DNA of 63,915 bases, the filler included, from Thermoplasmatota archaeon (lineage in GTDB: Archaea > Thermoplasmatota > E2 > JACPAO01 > JAHFTW01): assembly GCA_041623215.1 (NCBI GenBank). It is 15 parts of 15 records of this genome, joined end to end, with 100 filler letters (N's around TTAATTAATTAA, not from the genome) between each part and the next. Parts side by side here need not be neighbours in the genome. Positions count along the whole stretch, not along the records: positions 36,010 to 40,267 come from JBFJXH010000155.1; positions 40,368 to 44,572 come from JBFJXH010000156.1; positions 44,673 to 48,756 come from JBFJXH010000157.1; positions 48,857 to 52,936 come from JBFJXH010000158.1; 11 more parts are not named here. One strand, given 5' to 3'. This document shows, piece after piece, positions 37,440 to 49,547 of this stretch. The position numbers were made by a program, and so were the translations under genes. Below the pieces are notes generated by a model, which was not told the DNA's origin, made no database searches, and worked only from the letters and a program-made list of their open reading frames with translations. Position 1 is the stretch's first letter. The number at the start of each line of letters is the position of its first letter.

Positions 37440-38312
37440 ATGCTCGCTGGCCCCGGCCGGCACCTCATCAGCCTAGACGACCTATCGGACGAGGACGTGC
37501 GAACGATTCTGGATGCCGTGGACGCGCCAGTCGATTTGACGGGCCGTCTGGTGTGCACGGCGTTTTTCGAGCCAAGCACACGGACGCGCCTGAGCTTTGA
37601 GGCCGCCGCAAAACGAGCCGGGGGCGACGCCATTGGGTTTGCCGACGCTGGGGCAACCAGTACGTCGAAGGGCGAAAGCCTGGAGGACACGGTTCGGGTG
37701 CTTTGTGGCTACGCCGACGTCTTGGTGCTGCGCCACCCCGAAAAGGGGGCGGCTAGACGGGCCGCGGCGGTGAGCTCAGTGCCCGTCATCAATGCGGGCG
37801 ATGGGGCGGGCGAACACCCATCCCAGGCGCTGCTGGACGCATCGTTTCTGAGAAAGGAACTCGGGTCGCTTCGCGGCAGCCGTGTGGCAGTCATTGGCGA
37901 TCTTCAGTATGGCCGAACCGTGCACAGTCTCGTGCCACTACTGGTGCGGCTTGGCAGTGACGTTGTCCAGGTGCCCGCCAAGGGACTGCCTTTGCCCCCC
38001 GAGATGGGTGAGATTCCAACTGTGTCACTAGACGAAGCAATGGTTTCCTGCGACGCGGTGTACCTGACGCGCGTGCAGGAAGAGCGCTTCCTTGATCGGG
38101 CGGCCTACGAAGAAGCCGCCAAGTCCATCCGCGTCACCGCCGGCCATCTCCGAGCCGACGGAGGCCCGTTGATTCTGCACCCACTACCCCGACGCGACGA
38201 GCTGTCAACCGACCTCGATGGCCATCCAGCAGCCAAGTGTTTTGAGCAAGCTCACCATGGAGTGGCTGTGCGCCAGGCGCTTCTTGCTTGGACCCTCGGA
38301 GCGCTTCCATGA
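37440..38312 (+). CDS. pyrB: Aspartate carbamoyltransferase catalytic subunit
   Basis: FFEPSTRTRLSF, KGESL, HPSQALLD, TRVQEER and HPLPR. Confidence 0.96.
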   Translation: MLAGPGRHLISLDDLSDEDVRTILDAVDAPVDLTGRLVCTAFFEPSTRTRLSFEAAAKRAGGDAIGFADAGATSTSKGESLEDTVRVLCGYADVLVLRHPEKGAARRAAAVSSVPVINAGDGAGEHPSQALLDASFLRKELGSLRGSRVAVIGDLQYGRTVHSLVPLLVRLGSDVVQVPAKGLPLPPEMGEIPTVSLDEAMVSCDAVYLTRVQEERFLDRAAYEEAAKSIRVTAGHLRADGGPLILHPLPRRDELSTDLDGHPAAKCFEQAHHGVAVRQALLAWTLGALP

Positions 38313-38605
38313 AGGAGTTCAAGATTGTCCCCATCCGAAACGGCACTGTCCTCGACCACATCAAGGCCGGAACTGCGCTTGCCATCCTCGAGCGCCTAGG
38401 CCAGCCCGTGCCGGGTTCGTCCAAGGTAATCTCGGTGGCGGTCAATTTGCCTACCGGCGATGGAGGCCTCAAAGATGTTCTGAAATTCGAGGACGTAGAC
38501 CTCGATGAAGCAGACATCAAGGCCATTCAGTCAATTAGTCCGACTGGGACCATCAATATCATCCGAAACTACTCGGTGGCAGACAAGACCGTGTGGGGTC
38601 GCTGA
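38309..38605 (+). CDS. pyrI: Aspartate carbamoyltransferase regulatory subunit, allosteric domain only (98 aa)
   Basis: IRNGTVLDHI, KDVLK and TINIIRNY; stops before the Zn domain. Confidence 0.85.
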   Translation: MKEFKIVPIRNGTVLDHIKAGTALAILERLGQPVPGSSKVISVAVNLPTGDGGLKDVLKFEDVDLDEADIKAIQSISPTGTINIIRNYSVADKTVWGR

Positions 38606-38629
38606 CCGCCAATCCAGCCCCAGCTAGGG

Positions 38630-38716
38630 GAGTAACAGGAAATGGGAAGGGGGGACTGGCCTCCAAATGGAGGGGATGGGATGCACTCAAAGGGTTCCAG
38701 CCCGACCGCTTCCGCA
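38630..38716 (-). ncRNA. Candidate small structured RNA
   Basis: Lies behind CAACCG-CTTTATAT. Stems GGGCTGG/CCAGTCC and CCTCCA-TT-TGGAGG are followed by a pyrimidine-rich tail. No family recognised. Confidence 0.4.
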
Positions 38717-38736
38717 TCCCTCATCACTTCGGCAGC

Positions 38737-38750
38737 ATATAAAGCGGTTG
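38737..38750 (-). promoter_or_regulatory. BRE + TATA box
   Basis: CAACCGCTTTATAT directly after the helicase stop; the best TATA consensus I found in the window. Confidence 0.6.
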
Positions 38751-40267
38751 TTATCCGCGTTTGGCAGAAGCGAGTGCAAATCCGAGCGCTTCGGCATCTT
38801 TTTCGAGACGGTTCCAGGCCGGGCGATGGGCATCCAACATGGACACGTCAGACACCATGACGAGCCCCGGCAATTCGCGACGGAAGCGAACCGCCCTCTC
38901 GTCTAGGATAACTGCTGTCCCCCGGTCAGTGGGGCCGCGAATCAGGCGGCCAATGGTTTGCCGCAGTGTGCGCGCGACAGGTGCATGAACGGTCACTTCC
39001 CACGCGGATTGGCCGGTGCGCTCAACTTGGCGCATCAAGGCCTCATGTCGGGCCGAGGGTCGCGGATAGGGTATGCCCATGATGATCACGTTCGATAGCG
39101 CATCACCGGGCAAATCAATTCCCTCGGTAAGCCGACCGCCCATGACGCCCGCCAGAATGGCGTCGCCTGTGCCCTCATCCAGAAAATCGGTGAGCAAGCG
39201 GGTTAGCGTTGAATGGTCCATGGACTGGGATTCCTTGTACAAGGTGCGTGGCACGCCGTGCAGGAGACCCTCCTCTAGGTAATCTTCCATGGTTTGGTGG
39301 CTGGGAAAGAAAATGGCCGTTCGGCCCGGCAGCCGCTCGATGGCACCACGGCATGCCGCTTGCAGGCGCTCGGCGTGGGTGGGGTCATCCTGATGAGCCT
39401 GCCAGCGGCGATGGACCCCTTCGACGCCAACGATACGTAGGTTGGCTGGAGGAAACGGACTGCCATGCGTAGCCACTCGTGTCGTAGGGGGTAAGCCACA
39501 TGCCTGCACGTAGTGTGCCAGAGGAGCCAGCGTGCCACTCATGTGGGTGGTACTGGCGCATTCGTGGAGCCACGACAACACCGGCGCCGCGTCAAGCAAG
39601 CAAGCCTGCAGTTGAGGTCTGGCCCCGGCCCTAATCAAATGCGCATACGGCAGCTCGGAGGATTGAAACCAGAAGGCGAGGAAATCGCCGACTGCACCTA
39701 GATACGATCTGGGTAGGCGACCTTGGTCTTCTCGGCGCTGGCGGATGATGGCGCCCGCGTCCTGGAGCGCGGCTGCGATGCGGCCAATCGCCGGAGATGA
39801 AACGCCGAGTCGGTGCATGAGCTCTTGCGCTACCAGTCCCGGTGGCAGGAGCGCTTCTTCCTGTCCGTAGTCTCGTGGCGGGGGTGCGGACGGGGCTATG
39901 TCGGCCTCCGATGCCCCATCCCTATTGGATGGCTGCCTGCCCGGAGATGGCGCTGCCCTTACGCTCACTCCGCTAGCGTCTTGGCCAACGCATTGGTCGG
40001 CTAAATGGTGAATCATGGCCGTAATGGCATCTAAGATTGCCGAGGCGCTCAGGTTGGGTGCCACAGCAGGGTCGCCAAGCTCTCTGGCCTCTTTGGTGGC
40101 CCGTAGCAGCGTCGCGGTCCCCAAGGCCGGACTGTGATGGCTGCGTGCGGCATCGGGCAAATGGTGTGCTTCGTCGACGATGACGTGGCACTCGTCCAAG
40201 GCACTTCCCATCCACTGAGCAAGCGCCCCGCGTAGGCCATCATCGAGGAGAAAAATGAGCGGGAGCA
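38751..40267 (-). CDS. XPD/Rad3/DinG-family ATP-dependent helicase, 5'-truncated
   Basis: VIVDEAHHL, MSGTL, FFPS, GGRLTEGID, GIPYP, QTIGRLIR and ILDER. Confidence 0.92.
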
Positions 40268-40368
40268 NNNNNNNNNNNNNNNNNNNNNNNNNNNNNNNNN
40301 NNNNNNNNNNNTTAATTAATTAANNNNNNNNNNNNNNNNNNNNNNNNNNNNNNNNNNNNNNNNNNNNC

Positions 40369-40515
40369 AACGGGGACCGCGCACGCTTGGCGCCCTTGGG
40401 GACCTTGTTTGAGACCAGTGCTTGGTTGTTCTTCGACGCCCTAGTTGCACTCCTCATGGAACGCTTAGATGTGGATGAAAAGGCCATGGCGCAGCGCCAT
40501 GCCACCTTGGAGTAG
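40369..40515 (+). CDS. hxlB: 6-phospho-3-hexuloisomerase, C-terminal fragment; absent from the ORF track
   Basis: Manual translation LAPLGTLFETSAWLFFDALVALLMERL...MAQRHATLE* matches the PHI C-terminus. Confidence 0.85.
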   Translation, partial: NGDRARLAPLGTLFETSAWLFFDALVALLMERLDVDEKAMAQRHATLE

Positions 40516-40580
40516 CCGCCACCCCACCGCACCGACAAGCCCGCCGCTGCACAAACCCCGCACCCCGCGGTACCTGCCAG

Positions 40581-41098
40581 TCACGTGCGGCGAAGCTGGT
40601 AGGTCGCGAGCACTTCGTAGCGCGCGCCCGCCGCGTCCAGGTGGCTTCTGAGCACCACCACCTCGTCTAAGGTGAACGCCTGCGGCGGCACCGGGCGCGC
40701 CAGCGCCACTCGGGCGTCGCGAGCATGCCGCATCCGGGCAAGTGTTACATGGGGACGAAATTGGCGCCGTTCAGGGGCCCCAAGGGTCGCTTGTTGGATG
40801 TCGTGGGCAAGATGGGATAGGCCGGGTGCCTCAACTCCCAACCAAGCAACCCGTGCTTGCCGCGCACTTGGAAATGCGCCCAGCTCGCCGGTCGCCGCCT
40901 CCATGGCACCATGGGGTGCCACGGCTGCAGCAACGCTGTCGGCAAGGGAGCGAATGCTCGCGTCGTCCCGCTCGCCCAAGAAGGCCAACGTCACATGATG
41001 CGAGCCGGCCGCGACCGCCCGGCCACCAATGGCGCTTGCCACGTCCCGCGCGAGGCCGTCGAGAGCCAGCGGAACCGGGCAAGCGACAAAGACGCGCA

Positions 41099-41099
<1 letters not shown>
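40581..41099 (-). CDS. thpR: RNA 2',3'-cyclic phosphodiesterase (2H family)
   Basis: MRVFVA, HVTLAFLG and FRPHVTLAR (two HxT motifs). Confidence 0.92.
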
Positions 41100-43813
<2,714 letters not shown>

Positions 43814-43860
43814 CGCATGGGGAACCTAGGCGGCCAGAAAAGGGCTCGCCACTGCCGGCC

Positions 43861-44572
43861 TCAGTCGGCGGCGAAGTAGGTCGGCCAAGACGCGCGAAGG
43901 TGGTCCAACGTGAGACCCGTCAAAGCCGGAAGTCTGGCGACTTCGTCGCGGTAAACGTCGCGCAGCAAGCTCGCCGTGCCTACGTCCACGGCGGCCGCCC
44001 CAACGGGCTTCAGCGCTGCGCGCCGCAGCAGGCGCCGCACGGGCCTCGGCATCGCACGGGCAATGACGCCCGCACCAGGCAGCCCCAACACTGCCCGTGC
44101 CAGGTCACTGCGCGGCTCATCTGCGGCGTTGTGCCGGACGGTGAGGTTACGCGCGAGAATCGGGGCCGCATCCACGTTCAGGAATCGTGCCATGCCGGCC
44201 AGCGCCTGCCGAGGGTTGGCGCGCAAATCTTCCAGAAGGGCCACGTGGATGCGGTCGGCCCCAAACACCTCTTGCCAGCGCGCAAGGTGCGTAGCGTAGC
44301 GACCTGCTCCCACGAATCGCTCACGTGCATGGACGCCAGCCTCTTCGCGCTCCAGATCCACCTGGATTGCATCCAGCAACCCCTCCGAGACTGCTCCTTC
44401 CCGAAGTGCCACCCCGTGGTGACTGGCAGCGCGTTCAATGGGGTCTCGCAGCATCACGAGAATCGAGGCCTCAGGGCACGCTTGCAAAATTCGGGCCGGA
44501 GCGTCATCATGCCAGCAATACGTAGCCGACCCATCCAGGCGGTACCGGGCCGTCCTGGCCTCTTGCCCGTCG
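43861..44572 (-). CDS. Sulfotransferase family protein, 5'-truncated
   Basis: DGSATY, MLRDPIERAAS (3'-PB motif), GRY..HL.RW and LLEDL. Confidence 0.85.
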
Positions 44573-44672
44573 NNNNNNNNNNNNNNNNNNNNNNNNNNNN
44601 NNNNNNNNNNNNNNNNTTAATTAATTAANNNNNNNNNNNNNNNNNNNNNNNNNNNNNNNNNNNNNNNNNNNN

Positions 44673-46616
44673 CTCGACGAAGCCCGGCGGCGGGGCATTC
44701 CCGTTATTCGCCGCGGCGACCAGCACTATCAACTTGGCTGGGGCGCGAAACAGAAGGCGCTGTGGGGCACGCTCACAAGCAAGGCGTCAGGCCTGGGCTT
44801 TGACATCGCTAATGATCACGAACGCATCCTGGAGTTCCTCGAGGACACCGGCATTCCCCTACCTGCAGGCGAGGCCCGCCGAACCTTGGCCGGATGCCTG
44901 GAATTGGCCGAGGAGCTACGTTATCCGATCGCCGTCAAGCCGCTTCGGGGCCGTGGCGGCGTCACGCCCCGCGTGGACTCCGACGAGGAACTGGAAGCGG
45001 CCTACGACCGGGCTAAGCAACTCCACGCGTGGGTGGTCCTGCAAGACACGGTGCATGGCGCTCCACACAGGATTCTTGTCGTCGCAGGCAAGGTCGTCGG
45101 AGCCGCACGCAAGTCCACCGGGCATGCGCCAGAGGGAAGCGAGTCCGACGATTGGACGGATGTCACTGACACCTTGAACCCCGCACTTCGCTCGATGGCT
45201 GAACGCGCAGCTTGTCTCGTGGGTCTCGACGTTGTGGGCATCGACATCATGGCCGACGACCTCGAGCAAGACCCGCGTGAGTCGCGTGCCAAGGTTGTCA
45301 GCCTGCACCCCCGTCCCGACCTCACCCCGTTCGCCAAACGTGGCGCGGCCGCGCGAGTCATGGATACGCTGTTTGCCCCCGGTGAGACGGGTCGCATTCC
45401 GCTCCTGGCAGTTACCGGCACGAACGGGAAAACGACGACCATCCGACTCATCAGTCATATTCTCAAGATGGCCGGAGAACAAGTTGGCATGGCCTGCACG
45501 GGCAGTGTGGAAGTAGAAAACGAAGTCATCCTGCGCGGGGATTACTCTGGGCCCGCCGCAGCCCGCGTGGTGGTGCAAGAGCCCTTTGTGACCACCGCCG
45601 TCTGCGAAGTTGCGCGGGGAGGCATTCTGCGGCGCGGCCTCGGCTTCGATGCTGCCGACGCGGCTGCATTCCTCAATGTTGGCAGCGACCATTTGGGTCA
45701 GGGGGGCATTGACACGGTGGAAGACCTCGCGCGCCTCAAAGCGGTGGTCGTGCGCGCCGTGCGACCGGGCGGCACGGTCGTTCTCAACGCCGATGACGAA
45801 CTTGTGTGGGCGCAGCGAAAACACCTCGAAGGTCGGCGCATCTTGCCCTTCACAATGGATGCCGACAACGCCGACGTAGAAGCGCACGTGGCAGCGGCCC
45901 CGGACAACGCGGCAGTCGTATTGCACGACAACGCTCTGTGGCTACACCGCGGCGAGGCGAGGTTCCGCGTCGTTGACATCCGGGACATGCCAATCACCCT
46001 GGACGGTGCCGCGCTGTTCAATGTCGCCAATGCCGCCGCCGCCATCGGTCTAGCCTACGGTTTGGGCGTCAGCGAGGATGATTGCAGGATGGGCCTGCGA
46101 ACCTTCAACCCCAATACCAGTCAATTGCCAGGGCGCATGAATCTCATCACGCTCGGTGGCGTCAAGGTGCTCATTGACTACGGGCACAATGTGCCCGCGC
46201 TCCGGGCGCTGGCGCAAACCTTGCCCCGCCTTGCTGCGGGCCGTAAAATCAATGTGGCGGATGCTTCCGGCAACCGCCGCGACGAAGACCTGCGCGCATT
46301 CGGCGCCCAAATTGCGCAAATGTACGACCGCATCATTGTTTGCGACCCCGACCCCCGGCAGCGGCAACGTGGCGAGACGGCGGATGTCATCCTTGATGGC
46401 ATTCGCTCCACCGGTTTCCCCGAAGACCAACTGACCCGGCAGCTGGACGAAACCAAGGCCCTGCGCATGGCCCTGGCGGAAAGCCGACCGGGCGACCTCG
46501 TTGTCCTGCAAGCCGATGACGTGCAAGCAACCATCGACCTCTGCAACCGACTGCGCGAGCGTTTGGAGGCAGGCGAATCGCCAGCCGACCTCAATCAAGA
46601 ACTGCTTGCTGCGTAG
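44673..46616 (+). CDS. cphA: Cyanophycin synthetase-like protein (degenerate ATP-grasp + intact Mur-ligase domain), 5'-truncated
   Basis: The frame is open from the contig start: EARRRGIP...QLGWG, VKP, HRILVV, GLDVVGIDI, then RIPLLAVTGTNGKTTT, GDYSGP, EVARGGILRRGLGF, NVGSDHLG, PGRMN and DYGHN. Confidence 0.88.
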   Translation, partial: LDEARRRGIPVIRRGDQHYQLGWGAKQKALWGTLTSKASGLGFDIANDHERILEFLEDTGIPLPAGEARRTLAGCLELAEELRYPIAVKPLRGRGGVTPRVDSDEELEAAYDRAKQLHAWVVLQDTVHGAPHRILVVAGKVVGAARKSTGHAPEGSESDDWTDVTDTLNPALRSMAERAACLVGLDVVGIDIMADDLEQDPRESRAKVVSLHPRPDLTPFAKRGAAARVMDTLFAPGETGRIPLLAVTGTNGKTTTIRLISHILKMAGEQVGMACTGSVEVENEVILRGDYSGPAAARVVVQEPFVTTAVCEVARGGILRRGLGFDAADAAAFLNVGSDHLGQGGIDTVEDLARLKAVVVRAVRPGGTVVLNADDELVWAQRKHLEGRRILPFTMDADNADVEAHVAAAPDNAAVVLHDNALWLHRGEARFRVVDIRDMPITLDGAALFNVANAAAAIGLAYGLGVSEDDCRMGLRTFNPNTSQLPGRMNLITLGGVKVLIDYGHNVPALRALAQTLPRLAAGRKINVADASGNRRDEDLRAFGAQIAQMYDRIIVCDPDPRQRQRGETADVILDGIRSTGFPEDQLTRQLDETKALRMALAESRPGDLVVLQADDVQATIDLCNRLRERLEAGESPADLNQELLAA

Positions 46617-46650
46617 CCGCCTTTTTCCACGGCACCTGACTCGCGGCCTT

Positions 46651-47550
46651 GTGCCTTTCACAGTCCTGGCCCACGGCGGCGCCGGCTCTTTCGACCACAA
46701 GGAACACGACGGGCCCCAGGCGGCCGCCGACGCGGGCCTTGCGGCCTTCCAGCGAGGCGCCACACCCCTAGACGCGGCGATTGTGGCCACCCAAGTCTTG
46801 GAGGATGACCCACGCTTCAATGCAGGCACCGGGTCCAATCTCCGCTTCGATGGCCACTCCATCGAGATGGACGCCGCCGTGATGGATGGGATGAGTGGCC
46901 GATTCGGCGCCGTGGCATGCATTGAACGTGTTCGCAACCCGGTGCTGGTGGCACGGGACGTACTGGACACGCCGCACAATCTGCTAGCCGGACGGGGCGC
47001 TACGGCGTTTGCTCGCGCCAGGGGACATGCCGACTGGAATCCAGAAGCGCCCATCAGTCGCGCCAAGTACGAACGGTTGCAGACCATGTTGGCCAGCGGC
47101 GACATCGAACCCGGCTGGTGTGAATGGGACTTGGCGGATTTGCGCCGTGACTGGAATTTCAGCGTGCCATTCGCCCAAGCCGTAGGGCCCAGCGACACCG
47201 TCGGAGCTGTGGCCAGTGACGGCCAACACTTTGCCGCCGCCCTCTCGACGGGTGGCACCATTAGCACCCTGCTTGGCCGCGTGGGCGATGTTCCCTTGCC
47301 GGGTTGTGGCTTGTGGGCCGGCAAACAGGGGGCGGTCTGCGTGACGGGCGACGGCGATCACCTCGCCCGCGCCCGACTGGCGGGCCGAGTCGAATCGTGG
47401 CTCAAGCAAGGGGAGTCCGCTGACACCTGCATCGACAAGGCCATCGCCTTGTTCCCCGAGCACGTGGCTGTTGGGCTCCTGGTTCTCGCGCCGCACGGGC
47501 ACGCTGGTGGTAGCAACCTCCAAATGGCGTGGGCGGTCGCCGAGGCATAG
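46651..47550 (+). CDS. iaaA: Isoaspartyl peptidase / L-asparaginase (Ntn hydrolase, IaaA type)
   Basis: HGGAG, LEDDPRFNAG, EMDAAVMDG, DTVGAVA (Thr nucleophile), STGG, GRVGD and TGDG. Confidence 0.9.
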   Translation: MPFTVLAHGGAGSFDHKEHDGPQAAADAGLAAFQRGATPLDAAIVATQVLEDDPRFNAGTGSNLRFDGHSIEMDAAVMDGMSGRFGAVACIERVRNPVLVARDVLDTPHNLLAGRGATAFARARGHADWNPEAPISRAKYERLQTMLASGDIEPGWCEWDLADLRRDWNFSVPFAQAVGPSDTVGAVASDGQHFAAALSTGGTISTLLGRVGDVPLPGCGLWAGKQGAVCVTGDGDHLARARLAGRVESWLKQGESADTCIDKAIALFPEHVAVGLLVLAPHGHAGGSNLQMAWAVAEA

Positions 47551-47552
47551 CC

Positions 47553-48419
47553 ATGATCAAACCCGAAGTCCTAGCCCCCAAGGGTATGCTGGTTGCCATC
47601 GGCGGCAACGAGGATAAGACGACGGATCTAGAGGTCCTGCGCGCCATTTGCAACCTGCCCGAGGGCGGCACACGCACCGTCGAGGTTCTGCCCATCGCAA
47701 GCCGCATCCCGGAGGAGGCCGGCGGCCAATATGTCGAACCCTTCCAAACCATTGGCGCCAAGACCGTGAACATCATGGACATTCGAACCCGCGCCGAAGC
47801 AGACTCGGATGAATTGGTGCAACGAATCATTGACGCGGATGTGGTCTTCTTCACGGGTGGCGACCAGCTGCGCATCACCAACTTGCTAGGGGGCAGCCGT
47901 GTCCTGGAAACGCTGAAGGGTCACTTCCAGCGCGGCGGGGTCATTGCCGGCACCAGCGCCGGAGCTGCCGCCATGAGCCAAGCCATGATTTACCAGGGTC
48001 GGGCCGGCAACGCCCTTCGCAAAGGCAACGTGCAGATGACGCCTGGCTTGGGTTTGATTCGCAATACGGTCGTGGATTCACACTTCACGCAGCGTGGCCG
48101 CTTCAGCCGACTTCTCGAAGTGGTCATTGGTAACCCGGGCGTGATTGGTCTGGGATTGGATGAAGACTCGGGAGTTGTCGTGCGCGAGGGGCGCGTGGCC
48201 GAAGCGATTGGCAGTGGCGTTGTCGTGGTCATTGATGGCCGCGACATGGATTACTCGAATGTGACGGACGTGGCCATGGGGACGGCCATCGCCGAAGAGG
48301 GCGTTCGCGTCCACACGCTGACCACGGGGCACGCGTTCGACTTGGAAGACCGCCGCTACCTTCGCCCGGTGGTTTCGCTCCGCGAAGAAGACCATGAGGA
48401 CGAAACCTTAGCCGAATAG
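47553..48419 (+). CDS. cphB: Cyanophycinase
   Basis: IGGNEDK, FTGGDQLR, GTSAGA (Ser), DSHF (His), RGRFSRL and GLDED (Glu). Confidence 0.93.
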   Translation: MIKPEVLAPKGMLVAIGGNEDKTTDLEVLRAICNLPEGGTRTVEVLPIASRIPEEAGGQYVEPFQTIGAKTVNIMDIRTRAEADSDELVQRIIDADVVFFTGGDQLRITNLLGGSRVLETLKGHFQRGGVIAGTSAGAAAMSQAMIYQGRAGNALRKGNVQMTPGLGLIRNTVVDSHFTQRGRFSRLLEVVIGNPGVIGLGLDEDSGVVVREGRVAEAIGSGVVVVIDGRDMDYSNVTDVAMGTAIAEEGVRVHTLTTGHAFDLEDRRYLRPVVSLREEDHEDETLAE

Positions 48420-48621
48420 GAGCGCCCAGTGGCGGAAGGGACGGGGGCGTCGAGTCGGGGCGCCGTGCGCCAGAGACGTGGGGTCGGTAAGGCCGACGCG
48501 GGTGGGTCGGTATGGTTGAATGCACCACCGTTCCTGCGAGCCTGTGGCGGCGCCGGCTGACGACAGGCAATCGCGGCATCGGGAAACCGAAGCAACCGCG
48601 CATGGCCCGCCAGACGGTGGC

Positions 48622-48756
48622 ATGGACCTTGCCGCGGTGCGGCGGCTCGCGCCATGGGCCATTGGGTTCAGCCTTATCGTGCTGCTGGCCATCCTTATCT
48701 GGACGCAGGTCCGCGGAGGCCAAGACTTGCGCAGTTCCTTCGCGGCTCTCGATGCC
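48622..48756 (+). CDS. Membrane protein N-terminus (possibly flippase-like / lysylphosphatidylglycerol synthase TM family), truncated
   Basis: MDLAAVRRLAPWAIGFSLIVLLAILIW...; only 45 codons are visible. Confidence 0.35.
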
Positions 48757-48856
48757 NNNNNNNNNNNNNNNNNNNNNNNNNNNNNNNNNNNNNNNNNNNN
48801 TTAATTAATTAANNNNNNNNNNNNNNNNNNNNNNNNNNNNNNNNNNNNNNNNNNNN

Positions 48857-49142
48857 CAGCATGCTGCTCTTCGGCTTCGTAGCCGTCGCGGGCTTTGGCT
48901 TTCGACGGGCCGCAGTTCATGCGCGCATGCTGAACTGGGCCAGCAATCTCTGGGGATTGGCCGCGTGGGGGATGTTGGGCCTGGTTGCTTGGCAAGCGGG
49001 CGTGCCCATGCTGGCGGGGACGGTGCTAGGCGGCTGGCTGGGGAGCCACCTGACGGTGCGGGCAGGGGACCGATGGGTCCGGCCGCTGTTTCTTGCAGTT
49101 ACGGTCTTGCTCCTGGTGCGGCTGGTCTGGGATATGCTTTGA
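48857..49142 (+). CDS. TSUP/TauE (YfcA-like) permease, C-terminal fragment
   Basis: ARMLNWASN, GGWLGSHL and WVRPLF. Confidence 0.75.
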
Positions 49143-49165
49143 ACTGCAGCCCCCATCATCTGACC

Positions 49166-49507
49166 ATGGGCTACGAGAGTCGACGTTGCAAGCCCTGTGA
49201 AGGTGACGTGCCGCCGCTGTCGGGTGAGCAAGCAGACCGGCTCGTCGCCCAGGAATGCCCACTTTGGCGGCGCGAAGGCGACTGGATTCACCGTGATTGG
49301 ACGCTTCGCGACTTCGCTGCGGCCATGTCGTTTGCCCGCGATGTGGCAGACCTTGCCGAGGATGAAGGACACCATCCGGACCTTCACATTACCGGCTATC
49401 GCAACGTCCGACTGTCTCTGCAAACACACGCCGTTGGCGGCCTGTCAGAGAATGACATCATCTTGGCAGCCAAGATTGACCGGCTTCCCACCGGTCGCGC
49501 GGATTGA
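49166..49507 (+). CDS. Pterin-4-alpha-carbinolamine dehydratase
   Basis: CKPCEG, AEDEGHHPDL and THAVGGLSENDIILAAKID. Confidence 0.93.
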   Translation: MGYESRRCKPCEGDVPPLSGEQADRLVAQECPLWRREGDWIHRDWTLRDFAAAMSFARDVADLAEDEGHHPDLHITGYRNVRLSLQTHAVGGLSENDIILAAKIDRLPTGRAD

Positions 49508-49547
49508 AGGTCGCAACTTCCATGTAGGTCCCTGGCGCAGCCCCCAC

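Noticed and set aside
38721..38727. Box C-like GTGATGA suggesting a C/D guide RNA
   Set aside because: It lies between the TATA box and the expected start site, and no CTGA box D follows at a suitable distance.
44821..44890. Possible frameshift at the start of the cphA ORF (track starts at 44886)
   Set aside because: The frame is continuous from 44673; the track simply began at the first start codon after the linker.
48420..48620. G-rich intergenic stretch after cphB with hairpin GTCGG-TAAGG-CCGAC
   Set aside because: Only short stems in very GC-rich DNA and no promoter seen; indistinguishable from a terminator region or chance.
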